DNA of 63,983 nt, the filler included, from Ionaspis alba (taxonomy: Eukaryota): assembly GCA_964255285.1 (NCBI GenBank). It is 3 parts of 3 records of this genome, joined end to end, with 100 filler letters (N's around TTAATTAATTAA, not from the genome) between each part and the next. Parts side by side here need not be neighbours in the genome. Positions count along the whole stretch, not along the records: positions 22,869 to 45,613 come from CAXUUL010000197.1; positions 45,714 to 63,983 come from CAXUUL010000292.1; 1 more part is not named here. The stretch is one strand, 5' to 3'. This document shows, piece by piece, positions 36,299 through 50,900 of this stretch (positions are counted from its first letter, which is position 1; every line of letters begins with the position of its first letter). Both the position numbers and the translations under genes were made by a program. The notes below the pieces were generated by a model, which was given only the letters and a program-made list of their open reading frames with translations, did not search any database and was not told where the DNA came from.

Positions 36299-37024
36299 TG
36301 TGGAAGAATGACCTGGGGCTGTCAATATGAGATTGAGTCCTCACGCTGCCTTGGTCTTGAATGAGGTATCTGTCTCTACGAATAGTGTGAGAGCAGACGC
36401 ACGTGTAGCGATGGGACTGGCTTATCAAGGCTATCAGGAAGTGAAATATCCAAGATGATATCTTCCTCCCGCGTGGAAGGCGATGAGTCAGAGTAATACA
36501 GACTTGATTCGTGGAGATAAACTTTATTAACTACACGCATGCTCGCTGTCTAAAGTGATCTGCTCTCTGATCTACAAGAAATCACGATGCACGCTGATGA
36601 ATCAAGCACCTAACTCAAAGATGTTTGTAGGATGTCCTCCTCGTACATCTTCGAGTCTTTGTATATGTAGGATCTTTCGCGTGCCGCGACTCCTATTAGA
36701 AAAACACCCCAGTTACATATGGATACACTATTTCCATTTAATTACCCGATACCCCACTGCTCACAGATACCTCCTTCACATTCGAAATTAGGCTAGCGAT
36801 TACCGTGTCATGCCTACTTACAACACGCGGGGACCCCCACACCATGCTTCTGGTTCAGTGAAGTAGCCTTCAATGAACAAGGCGCCATTCTCACACAGTA
36901 TACTGCTGTGGGCATCCATCTATACTCTAGATCATCAAGGCCTTTCCAAACAACCAATACCGAAATTAAGACGGCACTCCAACTCATCGGACCAAACGTC
37001 ACTCGTCACATTCACCCCCAAACC

Positions 37025-40000
37025 CTACCCTTCCACCTTCACCTCCTCCTTAATCTGCCTAATCATCATCTCCTCGACCTGCTTCGCCCCCACCCTCTCC
37101 GCCTTCTTACTCTCCTCCTCAGACACCCCCTCCCCAGCAACCCTCTCATCAAGCGCCAACTTCGTCTCTCCCAGCGCATGAATCTGCTCCTCGATAGTTC
37201 CTCTCGTGACCAGTCGGATGACCTCCACCTCCCTTGTCTGCCCCACGCGGTGTGCCCGGTTCTCTGCTTGAATATCGTCCTGCGGGTTGAACGACGAGTC
37301 GAAGATAATGACTTTATTCGCGCACGCCAGATTGATGCCCGCGCCACCGGCTTTCGTGGAGAGTAGAAAGACGGTGACGTCTTTACGGTCGTAGAAATCA
37401 TCGATTAGAGGCTGGCGCTCGTTGATATCTGTACCGCCGTCCAGACGAAAGAATTTCATGCTTAAAGATTCGAGGACGGTTTCAAGGATGTTGAGAACCA
37501 TAACGAATTGGGAGAATATGAGGACGCGATCGCCATTTGTATGGAAGGTCAGCACAAGCTCGCACAATTTTGCCACCTTTCCCGAATCCATCCATTCGTC
37601 GTTCACGAGCGCGAAGGAGCTCATAGAGTCGGGATACATGATGCAGAAGTTGTGGAGCTCGAAATCAGTCATGACTTGCATGTCCTCGTAAACGAGATCG
37701 ACATTGCTTTCGCGCTGAGCTTCTTCTACCATGCATGCTTTGGCCATTTTCCAGACTGTTTGGTCGTCGTAGAGGCGGCGGAAGAGGAGAGGGTGGATGG
37801 AGGCTTTGCGAAGGGCCATCATGATGTTGGTGGTTTCGTTGCCGGTTTTGAGACCGGCTTCGCGGTTTTGGATCACTTTTCGGGCGCGCTCTTGTTCTTT
37901 GGTGTAGATCTCATGCTGGGAATCGGACAGGTCGCAGTACTCTACTCTTCTCGTCTTGGCTGGTAAGTGTTTAAGTACCTGGTGCTTCTTCCGGCGAAGC
38001 ACGAACGGAGTTAGCATCGACCTTGCCCTTGCGATACGTTGCGCGGAAAGTAGAGCTGAATGCGTCTCGTCTGTGGTTTTGGCTTTGTGGCTAAAGATTG
38101 CTTGTAGATCCTTGCTATGCTCGCGAAAGACTTGAGGGAGAATGAATCCGAGTAAGGAGGCCAGCTCTCCGAGATTATTCTGTAGTGGTGTTCCGGTAAG
38201 GAGAAGACGGAATCTTGCGGGTATTCTCATAAGCTGCTCGTACGCTGCCGACCTGCTGTTCTTAAGAGCATGACCTTCGTCAAATACGCATACCTAGAAC
38301 AGGATTAGAACTGCATGCCAAGTCCGAGATCGCGGATTGAACGTACACAAGGCTTCAGACGACGGAGGAACTTATTATCGTCCCTTATCTTAGCAATCCC
38401 GTAAGTCGTGATAATAACATTTGGAAATTCTGACTCCAATATCTGATCCCTAATTTCGGGTCTTTCCTTCAAACCCGCTGAGCCCCATATCAGTCATGAG
38501 CTCAACCTTGTGGCGGAAAAACACATACCATAATACGGCATAACCGTAAGTTTCGGACAGAATGCAGAAAACTCCCTGAGCCAGTTCTCCAATGTAGAGC
38601 CTGGCACAATGACAAGATGCGGTCCCTTAACGCCTCGCTCAAGTAGACTGGCCAAAAAAGCGATAACCTGACACGTCTTCCCTAAGCCCATATCATCCGC
38701 CAGAATGCAGCTCAACTCTTTTTCGAAAAGCAAAGAGAGCCAATTGATACCAACGACTTGATAATCTTTCAACACTACCCCCTCCTTCATGATCGACGGC
38801 TGAGGGAAGAACGACTTTTTCGACTTCGCACGACCATCTGTCATCTTCTTGATATCTCCTTCGCCATCTTCATCAGCTGACATAACAGTACTGGTTGGTG
38901 TGCCAATCCCGGAATCTCGCAGAGACGAACCATCGCTCTTGTCTTCCTCCTTTATGTCATTGAAGTTCACTATCTCCAGTTCACCGCTGCTCGAGGCACC
39001 GAAGACATTGACGCCCCATTTCTGCATCTCAGTAGCCACGGGTTTGGCGAGTGCTTCACAGCGTTGCACAAGCTGATCGACTGCTTCGTATCCGGTCCAC
39101 ATGGTCTGACACGTGTCGACTATCTTCTCGCCCAGGTTCTTTCGGGTCTTCTTTTTTGCCGTTGACTTGGACGCTGGTGCTTCTTCAGAAACCTGTCGCA
39201 CTTCATCCAGGGTCTTGAACGGCTTCTGAGCCAAAACGAGAGAGGCAACCTTTTCTGTGATAGCGGCAATGTCCGTCAGATCTTGTATCGAGCATGAATT
39301 GAAAAAATTTAGAAGACTACTATCGAGCTGAGGATCGGCTTCGGACTCGGAGGCAATTCCGGAATCAGAATCGTCCGCAGAGTCTGGCGTACTTTGCCGT
39401 GGTGGAGGAGTGCGTGCTTTGGGTGATGGTACAGGAACAGGTGACGAAGGTCGTTTTCGTCCTTGTACGAGTCTCCTTCTCTGTAATGGGGGCTTGACTG
39501 CCGGTGGAGAGACCACGGTTTGTGTAGGGCGAGGATGGATCTGCGTAGCCGTGTACCTATCCTGAATGGTCTTACTCGGCGCTTTCAACTGTTGTTTGGC
39601 AGGAGCTTTCGGCTTCATCACTTCTCGAGCCGGGAGCTGATCATCATCAGAGATGGTCAAATCAACCTGGTCCTTCTGCTCGTCCTTCGCGCTGAGCATA
39701 TCCAGCGCATCTTCCTCATTTCCCTTCTTGGCCAGAAGAGCTTCGTGGCAGTCCCTGACGGAATGAATAGGGAGGATTATGCGCATTCGTTCAATCTTTT
39801 TACGTTGAAGATAGTCTGGGATATCTTCGAGCGCCATATCATCCACCGGCTGCGCCTTTGCAGGTCCCGTCTGCCGTGGCTGTTTCGCGGGTCGAGAAGA
39901 CCCTCCATAAGCATTGGCCATAACGTCTGCCGATCGTTTCGGTGCGGGGATTCTAGAGCTTGTGTTGTTCTCATCTCGGTTCCTCGAATCGTACACCGAC

Positions 40001-40671
40001 CCGGAAAGCCCTTTGGGTTTGTCCTTGTTCGCATGATACATTGCCTGAGCGGTGATCTCGCTGAACTTCTTGTTCCCAACACATGGAGCATCCGAATCTC
40101 GACTACGCGATAGTGTCGAGGTATTCGTCTTTGGCCCTCGCTGCTTGAAAACCGAAGGTTTGATATCCACCGTCCGACCTGCTTGCGATCCCTCGTCGCT
40201 GGATCCTCCTTGATATTTTGGACCTTCATCATCGCTTAGGTCGATCACGACTGGCTTTTTAGGAGTCTTTATGCCAGGTGGAGCACGGAAAGACGTCCCT
40301 GGTGGTGCCATCATATTTGCGAGAAATCCACCAGGCTTTCGAAATGGAGAGACTATAGGGGAGGGTCTGACAGGTGAAGAAGCTGCCACTTGTACGATCG
40401 AAGGTTTGCGGCCTGGGCTGTCCATCATTGTAGTATTCTGGCCGATGATCTGTGTGGGTTGTGTGATATATGGCATGGGTATGGAAGACAGAGTCTCGGT
40501 GTTCTGAGAAAGATTGTTGAGCTTTTTCGGAAGCGGGACCGTAGCGACCGTTTCGTAATCTTTGAAGGGGTCGTCGCCACTGTCGTTGTTTGAGTCGTAG
40601 CCCTGACTACTGGAAACGTGCCCCATCTCTGTTTTCCTCCTTTTGACCGGTGTATCTATGACGGACTCCAT
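37025..40671 (-). CDS. SNF2-family chromatin remodeller Fun30/Fft/SMARCAD1-like
   Basis: LKDYQVVGINWL, ILADDMGLGKTCQ, VFDEGH, LLTGTPLQNNL, LLSTKAGGAGINL, QAENRAHRVGQ; CUE-like region. Introns 38528-38478 and 38346-38294. A short upstream exon (ATG 40804) is possible. Confidence 0.93.
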
Positions 40672-40959
40672 ACTGGATGGTCTCCTAGAAGATCCTCCTG
40701 TGCGATCGCACTGACAACGACTGTAGTAGTTCACAAGTATTCCAACATGACTCCAATGACGTTATTCAGTTAGTAATGAAGAAATAGGAAACAAACGAAG
40801 CCATGCTTTTCCAAGTTCTCAAGACAGAAATTCAAATAATCTTGCTCCAAAATCGCAGAAGAGCACAAGCGTAATAGAAGCGATGTGTGGTGAAGGTGAA
40901 CGAAGACCACAACCAAATCGTTACCAATTTTAGCTCCGTCGCTGAGATACACTTTAAAA

Positions 40960-40981
40960 ACGCGAGTCCTTCCCAACGCGT
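40960..40981. promoter_or_regulatory. MCB-like elements in the divergent Fun30/VMA21 promoter
   Basis: ACGCGA 40960-40965 and ACGCGT 40976-40981. Confidence 0.35.
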
Positions 40982-41063
40982 GCGGGCGCGCTAAGATAAC
41001 TTCCGAAGGTGAACGCCGGCTATTGTTGCAACGGCTTTTGAAGCTACCAATCATACTCCAAAT

Positions 41064-41521
41064 ATGACTTCTCGAAGAACAATAGCCGGCGAGAAGGATG
41101 TATCTAAGGAGAATGAGCCAAGGATCCTCAGTCCAGAGACTGCTACATCCAGGAAATCGAACATCGCCCCTGCAGTCCCTGCGTGAGTGGCCCTGGTCTG
41201 TCCTTCTTGTGATATAGCAAACCGTCCTGACGCAACCATATATAGGGCGGTGATATACAAATTGCTTGGGTTCACTCTTGCAATGGTTGCAGGCCCCATT
41301 GGAACTTACTATGTGACTTTAAATACAATATTCGGTGGTGCGTTTCGATTCCAAATTCATAATTGGGCACTACTGATCCCCTGGTAGGCAGTTCTACCTT
41401 GGCCGGGGCCACTGCGGCTATTATGGCGAATGTGGTACTAGTTGCGTATGTGGTTGTGGCTATGAAAGAGGACCAGAGCGATCGCTTGGAGGCTGAGGAG
41501 AAAGCGAGGAAGGCCCAATGA
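41064..41521 (+). CDS. VMA21: V-ATPase assembly factor Vma21
   Basis: Exons 41064-41182, 41246-41337, 41388-41521 give [47 protein letters not shown]. Confidence 0.93.
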
Positions 41522-42111
41522 CCTGGCAGGCTTTGGTGGATTGGGGGCCTTTCACTATTGGACGGCGCTTGATGAATGTCATCTAAGGCGTCTACGATGG
41601 GGTATTTTAATTCATGTTCATGTTGTGCTCATCGGGAAAGAAGATTAACAGTCTGGGTGTCCCTGTAGCTTGAGGTAAGCTTGTTCTAGCCCGGAAAGTA
41701 TGTTCGTGTAAATATGCATGACGAACATAATGAGACTCAATTTTCATGTCAATTGCAAGAGAAGTCGAGCAAGGTAATTAATTATAGCCATAGGCACTAC
41801 CTTCATGCCTTAACCGAGAGCATTATGTGCAATTAGCTGCCATGGGGAGCGATTCGAGCCCCTAACACCACCAGATGTCTGGCTTGCTCCGAGGGCTTCC
41901 TGCGATTGTTCAGATGCCGTATCAACGCCCACCCTTGCCTTTTGCTACCCATGCCGCACAACCCAGAGACAGCCCTTATGCAACAGTACATCCGCCCAGT
42001 CATTACCCAAGTCTCGTTTCAGCATCAGATTATTTTCCAGATTTCCACAAAAGATCTGCGCGCCTTGTGCTCCGACCTCAACCACCCTTTTGTTATAGTA
42101 CGCAGTCCTCA

Positions 42112-43623
42112 TTAGTTGTTCTTGCTGAACCGCCTTTTGAGCCAACTTTTCCGTTTTTCTCCCTGATCAGCCTTCCCGTTATGCGAATATCCATTGACTG
42201 TGGGAGGTGGCGGCATTGGATTCCCTAGCTTCATCGGGACTCTTGGGCCTTTGTCCTTAGCTGGGAGGTGAGGCGGAGGAGCAGGGGGAAATCCATTTCC
42301 TTGAACTCCTGCTCCACCATAGCTCTGTTTGGGTCGTCCATAACCAGGATGTCCATACGCGGGAACATTAGTCCCATACTCCTCCAATATTGGGCCTTGG
42401 AACTGCGGGCTTCCTCCAAATCCGCTTAGTCCATAGTTCTCGGTAGGCTCTGGCTTCGGAGCCTGCTGGATCTTATCAATCGAGCTATTTTCGCTGCTCG
42501 GATCGGTCGAGTTGCCCCATTGGTCCGTCGCATGACTGCCAGTACCGGACGCAGAAGTCACGGTGTCGTAAGACTGCTGGTACCCGTTTGTGGGATAGAC
42601 TCCTTGGTTGTTGTTTCCATACAGAGCGGGATCAGAGGCATTCCGTGGTCCAAAGCGACGACCCTGATTGTACTGTCCGGGCTGATTCGAATATGTATCG
42701 ACATAGCTCTCTGGTCGGCTGTAAGACATTCGATTACTATAGTAGCCTCCTCCGTCTCCTGGAAATCGCTGCTGCGGACTGCTGTTGTGGTATCCTATAC
42801 AAGCAATAGTCAGCATTTTGCTAAGCGAGTCTTGGGCAGTAAAAATAGCCGATCGCGAGATCGCTCGTGAAACTCCGAGAGTGCTAGTGCGACACGCGGC
42901 AGTTGCGCAAGCACCCTCCCAACTGTCCGTCCGACCAAGGAGTTGGTTCCCCTCTGCAGAATTTTGGTGCGGAAAGACTTGCGAAGAATATAGAAATAGT
43001 CGATTTATTCGTACCTTGATAGTAGCTGCTCCGGCGACTCTGGGCATTTCCAAAGTCCTGAGTTTCTGTCTCATGTGTCAGAAATTCATCACTCAAGCCT
43101 CAGCAGCCGTAGATTGTGTACCTGGTCTTGTAGAGAACCTCTTAGAATAGCTCCCGTCAATTGCGGCCTCGAAAGAACGTATTGTATCTAAGGGCCGCTC
43201 GAACCGTGGTCGTGTAGGATTGGACCGGTCAGGATCAGCTGCAAAGACCATCAGTAGTGGAACTTCCATGGGTGTGCTTCTACAAACGTACTTATGATGT
43301 TGCCATGAATGTCCCGATGTTGGATGTTCCGGATGGACTCCATTGTCGACTCTTCTAAAGCTTGAGCAGCTGTGGAGTACTGTCAGTAACAGTGCATGTG
43401 GGTTGTATCATGCCTCCATGAGAGTCTTTCACCGACCTGGCTGTGCTTCAGTCATGGCCTTCGTTGGATCTGCCTTGGACGTCATCCTCCTGGCCGACTT
43501 CTCTTTCGGTGACTCGGTCAGGTCGACTTTGCCAACAGAGCCATTGCTCCTGTGGCTCCTCGTGCTGCCAAAGCTCAGCATCGACTTTGAACGAGGTCGG
43601 CTCGGTGTTTGTGGAGATGCCAT
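42112..43623 (-). CDS. DUF2406 family protein
   Basis: Exons 43623-43437, 43369-43292, 43238-43122, 43065-43015, 42794-42112. KADPTKAMTEAQP, HRDIHGNIITDPDRSNPTRPRFERPLDTIRSFEAAI, C-terminal KRKSWLKRRFSK. Confidence 0.88.
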
Positions 43624-45613
43624 GTTGATGGTTGTGGATGGTTCGCAGTAAAAGCAGTCTTAAGTATGATGGTTCTGGAGAGAAGGGCTTATGTGACAGA
43701 TAGTGTTGTGTCACCGGTTGTGGAGGGTGAGGTAGCGACAGATATGACGGGTGAAGCTGTTGACTGCAAATTCCAATTTCGGAACCGTGACGTTGTCTTT
43801 GTAGAATCGGGCCGTAGAACGGAACAATAGGGAGGTGATGATGCTTCCAAACGAGTACAATTTTGGTAGAGTTGATAGCGACTGTCTAAATTCAGATAGA
43901 GGATGCTGCAATGCAATAGCTCATGGAGTGGTGGTTGATGGTGAGAAATGAATGTAGTAGTTGTGACGCTGCTCAGTGAGAGGTTGGGAAAAAGATAAGC
44001 AGGACCCTGCTGCAGTGAAAGTCCTCGTTTTGCGCCGTTGTCTTAGCTTCCTCTAGGATCGAGCGTCACTCCACCGGCAGGCAGAAAACCCCAGTTATCG
44101 TCGTATCGATTAAGTTAAAGTTCGGGGGATCCACCGGCCAAACCTGCAACTTCTTCGTATCAATCAATTGTCTCCTACAGTTCCCTACCAACGGATTTGA
44201 TGCTGAAGGACGATCATTGAAAGGCTGGCTCAAGCTCTATGCTGTGATACAAATTAATTCTGAATTTGGCCGGACTGGCGTCCGCCAATTCGTCAATCAA
44301 TAATTTCGAGTTTCATCCCCCGTCATAGCGGACTCAGCGGAGTTACGCCACACCTTGAACCCTTGAAATCTAGGCCGAGCTGAACAACCGAATCAACTGG
44401 GGAAGGGCTGTAATCGCCAAGAGATGCTGCTGCTGCAACGCTGTCACACATGAAACTCATCTGTTATCCTAGTGGTGACACGACATAGCAGAATACGTGT
44501 TATCCGAGAGGACTGGTAAGAGCAAGATCTTGGGCATATTTGGTCATTGGCTGTCCCACACTGCTGGATGAGCTTTGCAGAGAAATGGCTTAAGGGCCTG
44601 AATTTGGCCTATCGTAGCAATCATTGCACCTCCATGTCTCCTGCCCACCCCCTGCACAATTCCTGCCTCTACTTCTCACGGTCGAACCTCTATATCGAGG
44701 ATGGATACAACATGACTCTGACTGATGCGCCGAATGATTTAGGGGGAAGGTTGTGTCGGAATTGTGCTCTTACTACGCCAGAATTGCCTGCAGCATTACT
44801 GTCAGCTTCAAGGCATTGACAGTGAGTAGTAGAACTCACCATGTGGCCTTGTGACTTTGCCCCAAATGACTCTGATCTTCGATCCTCGAACTTCTCGCTG
44901 TGCACGATAGACGAATGCAACTTTCTTTCCAAGGTAGAATCTGCTTTCCACATTAACACTCGTTGCGGATAGTGGGAAACGATGTGCCCACGTCGCTGCC
45001 TTGGGATCATCGACGCCTTCGATTTTGATCAGACTTTCGTACCATCAGTCAATCGTTTCTTATCGTCTCCTTTTCCGCGATTTCGTACCTTGTACCTGGA
45101 TTCGTATTCCGCTTTCCACGCTGGTATGACAGATGCCGGCCCCTTCATGTAGTGGTTCTGGTCAGCATGATGTTCTCGCTTCTCTCTTTGTGATCTTGGA
45201 TCGCTTGGGATTGCAAGGTCGAAACATGGAGCCGTAGGAAACTCACTTGACATATACTATCAACATCTATCGTCAGTATATGGTCTGTGATATGCATAGC
45301 AGTTCCACTGCGCATGTGGAAGGATTGGTGTCGGTGCTGGCGGAAAAGAATTATGCTGGATTGGGTGGGCTCTCTACTCACATCGGTGTCCTGCTTCGGA
45401 AGGCATTATGAAGACACGATCTCAGCTCGAATCGGAGACTGCGAATCTGGAATGGACAAGAGGATAACTGTCGAGATTACGTTGTTCAGAAAGGTTGATT
45501 TCGTCTTTTTGCTTGTTATTCCGAGATTCGCGATATGGAATTGTGAGTGCTTCGCGCTAAGTCCAGTCAAGGCTAGGGCAGTGATCTAGGGCTTTCCGCT
45601 TGCCGTGTGGAGT

Positions 45614-45713
45614 NNNNNNNNNNNNNNNNNNNNNNNNNNNNNNNNNNNNNNNNNNNNTTAATTAATTAANNNNNNNNNNNNNNNNNNNNNNNNNNNNNNN
45701 NNNNNNNNNNNNN
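45614..45713. other. Artificial scaffold join with six-frame stop linker
   Basis: N44-TTAATTAATTAA(45658-45669)-N44. Confidence 0.95.
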
Positions 45714-46882
45714 TTATGAGGCTGTGATTTTTGGCTTGGTGTAGCTGAGCGTGATGTCACGGATCGTAGATTGTGCAGGCATGGGTTTATTGATCGGAAA
45801 GTCGGAAGTAGGAAGTAATGCGAGAGATTATTTGATGTCGGGGGAGTGAGCTGGGTAAGCAGTCCCGGAAATGGCCGTGACAGAGGCAGAAAGAGACCGG
45901 AAATAGTAGTGATGGATTCCCGTGGCTCAGAATAGTCATAATCTCCGACGACAAAAGTATTTGCATCTCTGTCCGTTTACGGAATCGCCGTCAGCCAGGG
46001 GAACTAGCTGAGCAAATATTGCTTATGCTGAGGCAAAAAGTCGCGAAATTTGATAGTCGCACAGCCAAGACCGAATCTAGATAATTCTCATGCACAATCA
46101 AGGATAACGAATAAGTGAACGAATGACTATTATGTAGCGATCGATACGATACAGCGCGTTCTTCTAGCCACACAAAATTGACAAGCAACGATCGAGCAAC
46201 CCCTGGTCTTCCCCATGAAATTTCGTGATAGGCCTCCGAGGGGGGGCAAAATAGACAAAGCAAAAGACGTGTCATCTTTCCCCGCGCGCCGAACGCTATG
46301 CAACGCAAAAGAGCTCAAGAACAGAAAAAAATAAGACTTCAAACGCGAGATATGCATAAACCGAGGAAGCTTTCCCAGCCTCCTTCAGGTGGGTATTTCC
46401 CCGAAAACAATTCAATGGTGCCGCCCAATTCCTTTGTGATACAGATGAGAAAACATTGGTGTTGGTAGTACAAAAAAAACACTCTTGTGCGATGGTGGTG
46501 ATGATGATGACGATCATGATGACTCCAAGGTCCAGACCCAAACTCCTGTGGATGCTTGCTATCCTGCTTTCCCATATGACTGATGTGATTGATGATGCTC
46601 CAGGCTGAGTTGATGTTCGAGTTCCAGAGCCGAGTGAGAAAATTTTGTGTTGCTTCCATTTCACTATGCACAGGCGATCTCCCCCTTTGAAAAAATCCTC
46701 GCAATTGTGGCCAGCAGGCTTGCTCGTAAGGAACGTGTTGTAGATCGCGCCCAGTCCCCGTATACACACACTGGTATCATCCCCCAACTCTGTCCAATTC
46801 GATTTGACAAAAGAAATATTGGCTTCGTTAAAGATTTTTTTTTATCCACAATGAGACTGCTGGGAGATGTGATGAGTGGAAA

Positions 46883-47988
46883 TCATAGTCCAATGGAGTG
46901 CCGTGGGCTATGGCTCAACGACTCCACTGGACTGCAGTGCTCGGAAGCCCATGGGTCCTGGAGGAAGTTTGGGTTCGACTGGAAGGGTAGCCGGCCGGGG
47001 TGTAGCTCGTCCCACTTGCGGGCACAGTATTTTGCGGGCCAACGTTCCGAGGCGCCGAAGTCCAGCATCTATTGATTGAAGCGTTAGTTTGAATTCTAGG
47101 AGGACTGCCCAGTCGGACAGAGGTGGACGGACTAACCTTTGCGGCAATAATGTCGAACTGGAACTTCTCCCAGTAGTCGTAGGCCTGCTCGAGTGCTTGA
47201 ACCTACAGTCAGGCGATCAGTCGATTGACCAGGAGGGACAGGAGAAAAAATAGAAATGAACATACATCGGTGTCCGTCCATGTCCGCATCCGCTCTCGGA
47301 GTCGCTTGAATCGCATCTGAAGAGCGGGTACTTGATAGGACTTGCCAAGCTCGGTCTGGAATCGAACTGCGATGTCCTTCCATGGAAGGTTCTCCTCCTC
47401 TTTGAGCTTCAGCAATAGCTGCTCCTCCTCGTTCAGCTCGACCGGTCCGGCATTGGATGGTGCTCGCTTCCTCTTCCTTTGCCCGTACTCTGCAAACTCC
47501 TCATCGTGCACACGCTTCAATGCATTCAGCTGTCGGAGTCCAACTGGGTCCGGAGCTATCGGGATTGGGTGGTGGCGATTAGGTGAGGAGCGAGCAGTCT
47601 GAGATCCATGGTGGTATTCAGCACCGAAGTAGGGGCTAGATCCTTTATTGGATGGTGCTGGAGACAAGGGAAAAGTGAATGGTGGGTACTCTTCGTTTCT
47701 TATTCTGAACGGGTTCTCTGCAAACAGTAGATCCTCGACGTTGGGTCCGAACGTGCTTGGACTGCTCTTTGGCCGTGGGAAGTTTACCAAATGAGCTGGG
47801 ATGGGAGAGACCTCAATCGGTGGTGGTACCCGTGGAGTTGGATATGGGTTGTCAAAATCAATGTTTGACAATGGTGCCTGTCAACATGTAAGCTTAAACC
47901 TCTTCACCTTTATTGCTGATAGAATTGAATTGCTGCTTACCATACTGGAAGAGTTCCAGTCTGGCTCCGAGAATGGGTTGGTCATCAT
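46883..47988 (-). CDS. Myb/SANT-like domain protein, putative transcription regulator
   Basis: Exons 47988-47941, 47877-47266, 47202-47137, 47068-46883, all canonical. EEQLLLKLKEEENLPWKDIAVRF..VPALQMRFKRLRERMRTWTDTD|VQALEQAYDYWEKFQFDIIAAK|MLDFG..W..CARKWDEL. Confidence 0.85.
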
Positions 47989-50900
47989 TTGACCCGGGTA
48001 CATGAGATCAACTCCGGCACCGCCGTAGAATTGATCTGAAGGCATGAGGATGATGATGCCTTGTGATATGTACTATCTTGCTTTCTCTTTTGCAGATGCT
48101 AGTGTATTGATCGACTGTGTGAATGTAAGGAATGATATGATTGATTGTCTGATCGATCGATGCAAAGTAAGGTAGCAGTGGCAGTGGACTGAGGTCTAAA
48201 AAGAACGGGCGTAGCAGCAGCCTTATCAGAAAAACAACGTATGATATATAAAAGAGTGGGAGGGTGGGATAGTTTTGTGCGTCCACCGGTCATGCAGATC
48301 TCATATGCAAGGGGTAAAAGGAAACGCAGGCGGAAATGCTGGAGACTATTAACCCAGTGACAGGAAGGCTGTGCGGACAACATGGGCAAGACCCCGTCGG
48401 GATGTTGTAACTGGGCTTGAGTCTTACAACTGACTGTGCCTTTTGCTGCGGACATTAACACAAGATGCGCATCAGCGTCTTTCGGGATTAGCGAGGAACA
48501 TCTTGTTTTTATTCGATTGGGGGGGGAAGGGAAGGGAAGTGGAAGAGGAGCTTGCCCGCTCCATGACTCTCCCACCATCCATCCCCTGCTTGCCCTCCCT
48601 CGCCTCCGAGAAAAGACAACGGACAACACTCGTCGTCTTAGTGATGCAGGCCCCGGCTGGTTTCAGGATTTAGGCTGGCAGTTAGATTGGATGAGGAGGA
48701 TTATTTAGCGTTGGTGCGTGTGGGTTCGCCGATTCTTGTCATACCCATGCCCATACAGTCATCGTTGCGGGCGCCGAGAAGTGTGTACAGGATGGAGCGT
48801 GGATGGGAGTGGATAGAAGTAAGAGCAACACGAGGGGTTATGCTTCTTCTGTTGCCAACCACTTTTCAATTGTTGTTTCTTCAGGTACTTTGTGTTCATT
48901 GATTATCACAACCCTTCTCCCACCCACCCGAATGACTGACTGTGCCGCCACCGTCGGGGACATGCCTTCTGTCCTCTACGACCGAGTATTACTGCGTCGA
49001 CAATAGTATTACTCGAAGCACGTATGGACTTCTGCCACAAGGTCCCCGACCACTGGCTTGGATAAGTGAGATCGCATGGCAAGCAGGGTTCCACATGCAG
49101 GCCCGGACTGGGGTGCTGGTTGAGGGAGGGTGGCATTGCATGCTTGGGGTTCAATGTCGAACGAGTAAGAGATAGGCGGGACAACCAGAAAGCAGCTAGA
49201 CAGCGACAGGTGCTGCAAAGTTCGCGGTAATCAAACTACCATTCGTGACAAGAATACTCTCACCGGCGTCTGTCGGTGTCCGACATTCTGCAAATTATCG
49301 TTGGGTGGGCAGAGCAGCACCATGAAGCGAAAGAGTGGCTTTGCAAGACAGGGTCGAGGAGGAGAGTAAGCGCCGGATCGTTCGTGACAATTATTGCCCC
49401 GTCTCCTGACTTTCGGATACGCATACAAGCTGGAGTTTCTCTATATGCTCATCTCAGCCGATTACGCGGTATCAGTAAACATTCACTTTGCTTCAACTCC
49501 TTCACGGTCCCAACACCAGAGCAGCTCTCTCGCGATTTGAGTCCTTGTATGCATGCATGCGCAAAGGCATGTCCAGTACGTCAAATCATAGCATCTTCGT
49601 GGAGAGTGATCTGCAACGCACGTTGTTCAATACCACATCCACATGCGAGAGACCCCGGCCGGCAACCGGTTGCAGCCCCAGAATCATCCAGAAATAAGTA
49701 ATAATCACGCCGCTGCCCGTGAAGGCCTAATCGCTATCATGCCTCCCGGATTCCAGCCGGACCGATCACTGATCATACTTTTATCTCTTTTCTCTACTGA
49801 AGCCGATGCAGCTGAGCCTCGATCAAGATATATCGGGCCCCGACCAAGTGGCAGCTAGTGTGAAGACGCAGTAATCGACACAGCACACTAATCCGCAGAC
49901 TGTAATTTACCTCGTGCATGGCTGAACACCGGGCAAGCTCAAGCGCCGAAACCGACAGACTGCGGGCGGAGGAGAATACAAGGGAAAGGAAGCTTAGACC
50001 ATGCTGTTATTCTTAGAGCCAGCTGCTTGGTGGAAAGGGAAGGTTGCGATGGAATGGTGGTAATAATGGCAGTGGAGGTGTCACGATCAATTTCCAGACT
50101 CGCGTACTCATCCTGGCTGGTCACAACAAAGTTACTTGTACCTGTAGCGACTGACAGGCCCAGCTTATGGGATTTTCCGACAGTAACGAGCCTTGGGAAG
50201 GATCGCTAGCTCCCAATGATACCAACTTCTTTACCCTGATAGGATACTTTCTTGTTTCTTTATTGCAGCCTACATAACAAATACCTAATACATAAGCACC
50301 TGAGAGTGGCCCACAGTCTGAACTGCCTCCCAACTCCAACGTAACGTATGAACAGGAAACAATGTGGAGCTGGTCGGAATACAAACATTCTGCCGATGAC
50401 ATTGAGTTGGAATCACGATCGAAGCCAGAGAATTTGCCGGCTTCAGATTCGAACCAGTGTTCAGATTGGGAAACATGTCTGAGCCCTATGGTGGTGCATT
50501 AAAATGGGACAAANNNNNNNNNNNNNNNNNNNNNNNNNNNNNNNNNNNNNNNNNNNNNNNNNNNNNNNNNNNNNNNNNNNNNNNNNNNNNNNNNNNNNNN
50601 NNNNNNNNNNNNNGAAAGGAGGCTTGAAGATTATTTGTGGATTGGTACTGCGAAGCTATCCTGGCTGAATGAATGACATCTTGACATTACACTACTGTAC
50701 GAGTAAGATTTACGGGCACGGCGAGGCTCCAAAGGCTGAGATATAGCACTGCTTTGAGGAAATGATCATGTCAGCCTCAATGTGGTGAGACTGGCAGCTG
50801 TGTCCGCACTAGAGTACGGCCGAGCAGCCAAAGGATGCGTAGGAAACCCCTTGAATATGGCAGAATAATAATGATAAATAACGGCTGTTTCGCTCCTCTG

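Noticed and set aside
43700..46800. Many short overlapping ORFs
   Set aside because: Mostly non-ATG starts with no motifs or coherent splice pattern; treated as intergenic/UTR.
50421..50470. GGTTCGAATC (minus strand) T-loop-like motif next to a small hairpin
   Set aside because: No T-stem, acceptor stem or cloverleaf; not a tRNA.
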